From Selaginella moellendorffii (taxonomy: Eukaryota; Plantae; Lycopodiophyta), in contig NW_003314309.1 of NCBI RefSeq assembly GCF_000143415.4, positions 1,177,199 through 1,241,198 on the forward strand: DNA of 64,000 nucleotides, read 5' to 3'. Made by a program: the position numbers and the translations under genes. Positions 63,491 to 64,000 of the stretch are shown here, piece after piece. The notes beneath the pieces are model-generated. The model was not told the DNA's origin. It worked only from the letters and a program-made list of their open reading frames with translations, and did no database searches. Numbering within the stretch: the first letter of the stretch is position 1; the number at the start of each line of letters is the position of its first letter.

Positions 63491-63656
63491 TAAGGATTCC
63501 TAATTGTAGCAAATCCACCTTGATGATGGCAAGGATTTGTGAGATGAGTAAACTTAAAGATGCTTAACCTTAAATAATTAATTGGAAAAGAAAGTGCTGG
63601 ATTGAGAAATATTTACACTATATAGTTTTTCTCCCTAAACCCTACTTAAGAAAAAA

Positions 63657-63661
<5 letters not shown>

Positions 63662-63700
<39 letters not shown>
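63662..63700. repeat. (AT)n microsatellite
   Basis: Read directly from the sequence. Confidence 0.97.
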
Positions 63701-63702
<2 letters not shown>

Positions 63703-64000
63703 ACAAGAGAAAGATCAAACCTTTGTTCAAGTTCTAGAGTAGACTTTAAATTTGACATATAAAAGAATATGAAAAGACTAACTTGAAATTAGTAACTCAC
63801 GATTGTGGCTTGATTAAAAACTTGGATTTTCCTGGCTTTGTTGCTGCTCCCTATAGCTATGTTCTTGTATAGATAAAAGGAAAAAATTATCTTAGATGAG
63901 AAAGCTTTACTTACCTTTCTTGTAGTCAAGAAAATTACTTTTTGAATCAGCTCTTTTGGATATTTAATTATCCAAAACTCAGAATCAGCAAGCTTAATAT

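Noticed and set aside
1-64000. tRNA/rRNA genes or prokaryotic operons
   Set aside because: None recognised; spliceosomal introns throughout indicate plant nuclear DNA.

Overview
Eukaryotic plant nuclear DNA, most likely the lycophyte Selaginella (inferred from dense genes, many ~50-60 nt introns, PLS-class PPR genes and a flagellar central-pair gene). 1-21 kb is a gene-dense block: germin-like proteins, a frameshifted SAM-domain gene with an unusual C-terminal domain, NADP-isocitrate dehydrogenase ending in SKL, a GDSL pseudogene, a U-box/ARM E3 ligase, a C1a-32/CFAP119-like flagellar gene, a PP2C and an atypical PTI1-like kinase. 21.9-36.9 kb is a transposon nest: a defective hAT with an 8-bp TSD inside gypsy remnants, an 89-bp perfect palindrome, an assembly gap, and a full-length degenerate gypsy element carrying a nested solo LTR. 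37.7-51.4 kb is a locally amplified unit containing an orphan coiled-coil gene (2 intact copies) and scrambled, partly inverted MPP-alpha pseudogenes. 51.6-64 kb holds a multi-OB-fold gene head-to-head with a USP-like/RLCK kinase, several gene fragments (sugar transporter, PPR, FKBP20-2, kelch, subtilase) and an intact PPR gene. The best novelty candidates are the SAM + PII/GlnB-like fusion gene, the duplicated coiled-coil orphan with an Rx5H motif, and recurring inversion/duplication scars. All family calls come from motif recognition by eye; no database search was run.
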